This document shows positions 60,137 through 64,000 of a stretch of 64,000 nucleotides of DNA, piece by piece. A program made the position numbers and the translations under genes. Where the stretch lies: positions 10,762 through 74,761 of the forward strand of contig JAULZW010000001.1 in assembly GCA_032117235.1 (NCBI GenBank), read 5' to 3'. The DNA is from Minisyncoccota bacterium (GTDB taxonomy: Bacteria > Patescibacteriota > Minisyncoccia > SW-4-49-11). The notes under the pieces were generated by a model. It was not told where the DNA came from, made no database searches, and saw nothing but the letters and a program-made list of their open reading frames with translations. How positions within the stretch are numbered: position 1 is the first letter of the stretch; each line of letters opens with the position of its first letter.

Positions 60137-62980
60137 ATGAATGAAATTCGTATTAAGGGAGCAAGAGTTCATAATTTAAAGAATATAGATATTACAATTC
60201 CAAGAGATAAGCTTGTAGTAATAACAGGTTTGTCTGGATCAGGTAAATCATCTTTAGCTTTTGATACTATTTATGCTGAGGGGCAGCGAAGATATGTAGA
60301 AAGTTTATCAGCTTATGCCAGGCAATTTTTGGGTATGATGGATAAACCAGATGTAGATGTTATTGAAGGTTTGTCGCCAGCCATTTCAATTGATCAAAAA
60401 AGCGTCTCTAGAAATCCAAGATCCACTGTAGGTACAGTGACTGAAATTTATGATTATCTTAGATTACTATATGCTAGGGTGGGTATCCCATTTAATCCAG
60501 ATACAGGAGAATTAATTAGAATGCAAGATGCTAAACAAATGGCAGATAATGTTTCTAGATTTAAGGATAAACAGATAATAATTTTAGCTCCAGTAATTAG
60601 GGATAAAAAGGGGGAACATAAAGGTATTTTGCAAAAGGCTTTTCAAGATGGTTTTATGAGAGTGAGAGTAGATGGAATTATTTATTTAACTGAAGAAGCT
60701 TTAGAAATTAATTTAGATAAACAAAAGAAACATTCCATTGAATTAGTTATAGATAGACTTTTAGAACCATCAGGATTTGAAAGCTCTAGAGTTCTTGACT
60801 CAGTAGAAATAGCTCTGAGATTGGGTGAAGGAATGCTTATAGTATCAGAAATTTTGGATAGAAATAAAAATATTTATCACGATGAATTAATGAGTGAGAA
60901 ATATATTATGGACTCTGGTGAGAGTTTTGGTGATTTAGAAACTAGAAATTTTTCATTCAATAGTCCCCATGGAGCCTGTAGTACTTGTGATGGTCTTGGA
61001 TATACTCCAGAAATTTCACCAGATTTAGTAATTCCCAATCCAAGATTAACCATTAATCAAGGAGCTATTAAACCTTGGGGCGTTGGGAAACAAAAAGGAG
61101 CTTTTGGATGGTATATGAAAGTCTTGGAAGTGGTGGCGGATATGAGAGGTGTTAGCTTGACAACCCCTGTGCAGGACCTCAAGGCAGAAGATTTAAATTT
61201 TGTTTTATATGGTTCTGAAACTATAATTAAAGTTCCTATTCATTCAGGTTCTCACACAGTAGAAGCTACTTATGAAGGAGTAATTCCTAACTTGTTAAGA
61301 AGATATCAGGAAACTGATTCGGAGTTTATTCGGGCTGAAATTGAGAAATATATGCTCAACACAATTTGCCCTACTTGTAACGGAAAGAGGTTAAAAAAAC
61401 AATTTCTAGCTGTACAAGTAGCCCACAAAACAATTGACCAGATTGTCAATATGAGTATTGATGAACTATCTGCTTATGTTTCCAAGGTGCAAAATAATAG
61501 AGAGTATTTCAATGAAAGAGATATTGCCATTAGCACTCCAATTTTTAAAGAAATTCAATCAAGATTAAAGTTTTTACTCAATGTTGGATTAGATTACCTC
61601 ACATTAGATAGAGCTAGTAATACATTATCTGGAGGAGAAGCTCAGCGAATTCGTCTAGCTACCCAGATTGGCTCGGGGCTAATGGGAGTTTTGTATATTC
61701 TAGATGAACCATCTATTGGACTACATCAGCGAGATAACAATCGTTTAATCCAAACCTTACAAAACTTGAGAGATTTAGGAAATACGGTTATTGTGGTAGA
61801 ACATGACGAGGATACTATTAGGGCTTCAGATTATGTAATTGATGTTGGACCAGGTGCTGGGGCAGCTGGGGGTAGAATTATTGCTCAAGGACATCCAGAA
61901 GATTTTATAAATCAAGAGGGGATAACAGCAGAATATCTATCGGGTAGACGAGTAATTGCTCCACCTAAAAAATATCGTAAAAATAATGGGCAAGCTATTA
62001 CTATCAAAGGTGCCGCTGAGAATAATCTTAAAAATATTGATGTTACAATTCCACTAGGACAAATGGTTTGTATAACTGGAGTTTCTGGATCTGGTAAAAG
62101 TACTTTGATACAAGATATTTTATATAAACATATTGCACATACTAGATATGGAGCTAAAGATTTACCAGGTAAATTTAAAGATATTACCGGTCTTGAGAAT
62201 ATAGATAAAATGGTAAATATTGACCAATCACCAATTGGTAGAACTCCAAGATCTAATCCAGCTACTTATACTGGATTATTCACGGTAGTCAGAGATTTGT
62301 TTGCTAAAACACCCGAGGCTCAACTGAAAGGTTATCAAACAGGTAGATTTAGTTTTAATGTTAAAGGAGGAAGATGTGAGACCTGTAAAGGAGATGGAGT
62401 ACTGAAAATAGAGATGAACTTTCTACCAGATATTTATGTAGACTGTGAAGATTGTCATGGTAAAAGATATAACAAAGAAGTGTTACAAATTCTATATAAA
62501 GATAAGAGTATAGCTGATGTTTTAGATATGGATGTAGAAACTGCCCTAGAGTTTTTCAAATCCATCCCAAGTCTAAAAGACAAATTAGCTACTCTGTATG
62601 ATGTAGGTTTAGGTTATATGAAATTAGGACAGCCAGCCCCACATTTGTCTGGAGGAGAAGCTCAAAGAATCAAGTTGGCTACCGAATTATCAAAACGAGC
62701 CACGGGACAAACTTTATATATACTAGACGAACCAACTACTGGGTTGCATTTTGAAGATGTCTCAAAACTATTAAGAGTATTGAATCAATTAGCAGATAAA
62801 GGAAACACTATTCTAATCATTGAACATAATTTAGATATTATTAAAAGTTCAGATTATATTATAGATATTGGTCCAGAAGGTGGTGCTAAAGGAGGAATTG
62901 TAGTTGCAGAAGGCACCCCAAAGGATATTGCTAAAAACTCAAAAAGTCATACAGGAAAATATCTAAAGCCACTTTTATAA
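60137..62980 (+). CDS. uvrA: Excinuclease ABC subunit A
   Basis: GARVHNLKN, two ABC ATPase modules ([24 protein letters not shown]) and zinc fingers. Confidence 0.98.
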   Translation: MNEIRIKGARVHNLKNIDITIPRDKLVVITGLSGSGKSSLAFDTIYAEGQRRYVESLSAYARQFLGMMDKPDVDVIEGLSPAISIDQKSVSRNPRSTVGTVTEIYDYLRLLYARVGIPFNPDTGELIRMQDAKQMADNVSRFKDKQIIILAPVIRDKKGEHKGILQKAFQDGFMRVRVDGIIYLTEEALEINLDKQKKHSIELVIDRLLEPSGFESSRVLDSVEIALRLGEGMLIVSEILDRNKNIYHDELMSEKYIMDSGESFGDLETRNFSFNSPHGACSTCDGLGYTPEISPDLVIPNPRLTINQGAIKPWGVGKQKGAFGWYMKVLEVVADMRGVSLTTPVQDLKAEDLNFVLYGSETIIKVPIHSGSHTVEATYEGVIPNLLRRYQETDSEFIRAEIEKYMLNTICPTCNGKRLKKQFLAVQVAHKTIDQIVNMSIDELSAYVSKVQNNREYFNERDIAISTPIFKEIQSRLKFLLNVGLDYLTLDRASNTLSGGEAQRIRLATQIGSGLMGVLYILDEPSIGLHQRDNNRLIQTLQNLRDLGNTVIVVEHDEDTIRASDYVIDVGPGAGAAGGRIIAQGHPEDFINQEGITAEYLSGRRVIAPPKKYRKNNGQAITIKGAAENNLKNIDVTIPLGQMVCITGVSGSGKSTLIQDILYKHIAHTRYGAKDLPGKFKDITGLENIDKMVNIDQSPIGRTPRSNPATYTGLFTVVRDLFAKTPEAQLKGYQTGRFSFNVKGGRCETCKGDGVLKIEMNFLPDIYVDCEDCHGKRYNKEVLQILYKDKSIADVLDMDVETALEFFKSIPSLKDKLATLYDVGLGYMKLGQPAPHLSGGEAQRIKLATELSKRATGQTLYILDEPTTGLHFEDVSKLLRVLNQLADKGNTILIIEHNLDIIKSSDYIIDIGPEGGAKGGIVVAEGTPKDIAKNSKSHTGKYLKPLL

Positions 62981-63016
62981 ATGTGATATAATAAAAATAA
63001 TTAAAATTTATTAGGT

Positions 63017-63904
63017 ATGCATCCATTACTTTATACCTTGGCCTATGCAAATTCTCAAAAGAGATTATTAACATTAGAGGAAATATATAGATACCAAATT
63101 GGAAGTAATTATTCAATATCAGAATTGGTCTTTGAAATAACAAAAATTCCTCAAATTAGAACAGAAAACGGGCTGTATGGATTAAATATAAACTTTGACG
63201 AATTATTAAATTTAAGACAAGAAAAAGGGCGAGAAAGCATTAGGCGTTATAGAAGAATTATTAAATATGCTAGATTATTAATTAGCATCCCCTATATTAA
63301 AGGGATATTCTTAGCTGGATCCTCTAGTTTTAGTACTGGAAATGCCAAAAAAAGTAGTGATATAGATATATTTATAGTAACCGATCCCAACCGAATGTGG
63401 TTTGCTAGGTTTTGGCTAACAATCATCACTCAGGTTTTAGGTATTAGACGATCAGGTGAATTAGAAGAAAATAGATTTTGTCTCAATCATTATATTACCT
63501 CCAATAATCTGGAGCGCTTAGATCGAACTTTATATGCAGCTCAATTATATTCAGATTATGTTGCTATAGGATCGGACTCAAGAGTCTTATTGCAAAAATT
63601 TTGGCAAGCTAATCCTTGGAGACAAGACTATCTAAAATACGCCATATCTAGAGAATATCCAGTTTTAAGCCAGCTTCAACCATATTTAATCAAGAGCTGG
63701 ACTGAAAAATTTTTCAATCATTTTTCAGTGTATTTTTGGAATTATATTGCCAAATTAATTCAAAGTCAAAAAATTAAATCTAATACAATTCAATCCAATT
63801 CACATAATAGAATACGAATAGATGATAGAGAATTAGAATTTCACCCCGAGCCAAATAGCATCAAATCCGAGACAAGAATGCAGGAAGTATTAAAAAATTT
63901 ATGA
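63017..63904 (+). CDS. Nucleotidyltransferase (Pol-beta superfamily) domain protein
   Basis: LAGSS...SDIDIFIV and FCLNHY motifs. Confidence 0.75.
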   Translation: MHPLLYTLAYANSQKRLLTLEEIYRYQIGSNYSISELVFEITKIPQIRTENGLYGLNINFDELLNLRQEKGRESIRRYRRIIKYARLLISIPYIKGIFLAGSSSFSTGNAKKSSDIDIFIVTDPNRMWFARFWLTIITQVLGIRRSGELEENRFCLNHYITSNNLERLDRTLYAAQLYSDYVAIGSDSRVLLQKFWQANPWRQDYLKYAISREYPVLSQLQPYLIKSWTEKFFNHFSVYFWNYIAKLIQSQKIKSNTIQSNSHNRIRIDDRELEFHPEPNSIKSETRMQEVLKNL

Positions 63905-64000
63905 TAGGGTTTTATGATAGTGGTATTGGGGGGCAGAGAATAGCCGATATGTTTGGTCAAATTTCTAATATTCCTTATATCTGCTATCAAGACAGAGAAT
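63901..64000 (+). CDS. murI: Glutamate racemase-like protein, 5' fragment
   Basis: MIGFYDSGIGG N-terminal motif; runs off the window end. Confidence 0.7.
   Translation, partial: MIGFYDSGIGGQRIADMFGQISNIPYICYQDRE

Overview
Low-GC bacterial chromosomal segment using genetic code 11 (TGA acts as stop). It looks like Patescibacteria/CPR (inference from mostly SD-less starts, a shortened YebC, a type IV pilin and many AT-rich membrane orphans). The left end appears to be the replication-origin region: clustered DnaA boxes, several of them inside coding sequence, a perfect parS palindrome inside an O-antigen-ligase-like gene, and a switch in gene orientation. Core genes are mutS-mutL, dnaJ (with a CIRCE-like site), nrdR, rpsO-pnp, infA-rpmJ-rpsMKD-rpoA-rplQ-rplM-rpsI, rnhA, five tRNAs, a SUF Fe-S operon split by a 3.1 kb insertion, zwf, ruvC, yebC, polA, efp, an xseA with an N-terminal HEAT-like extension, a dciA-like gene, uvrA and partial murI. 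The most striking accessory locus (27.5-34.9 kb) holds four ATP-grasp peptide ligases, two putative peptidases (a DUF1704/MATCAP-type metallocarboxypeptidase and a RimB-like aspartic protease domain fused to a ligase), a DUF3541-like protein and a 7TM protein. It may be a reversible amino-acid tagging or polymer system. Also present: nested GC-rich REP/MITE-like repeats, two candidate structured RNAs and a frameshifted PIN toxin. All family calls come from motif recognition by eye; no database searches were run.
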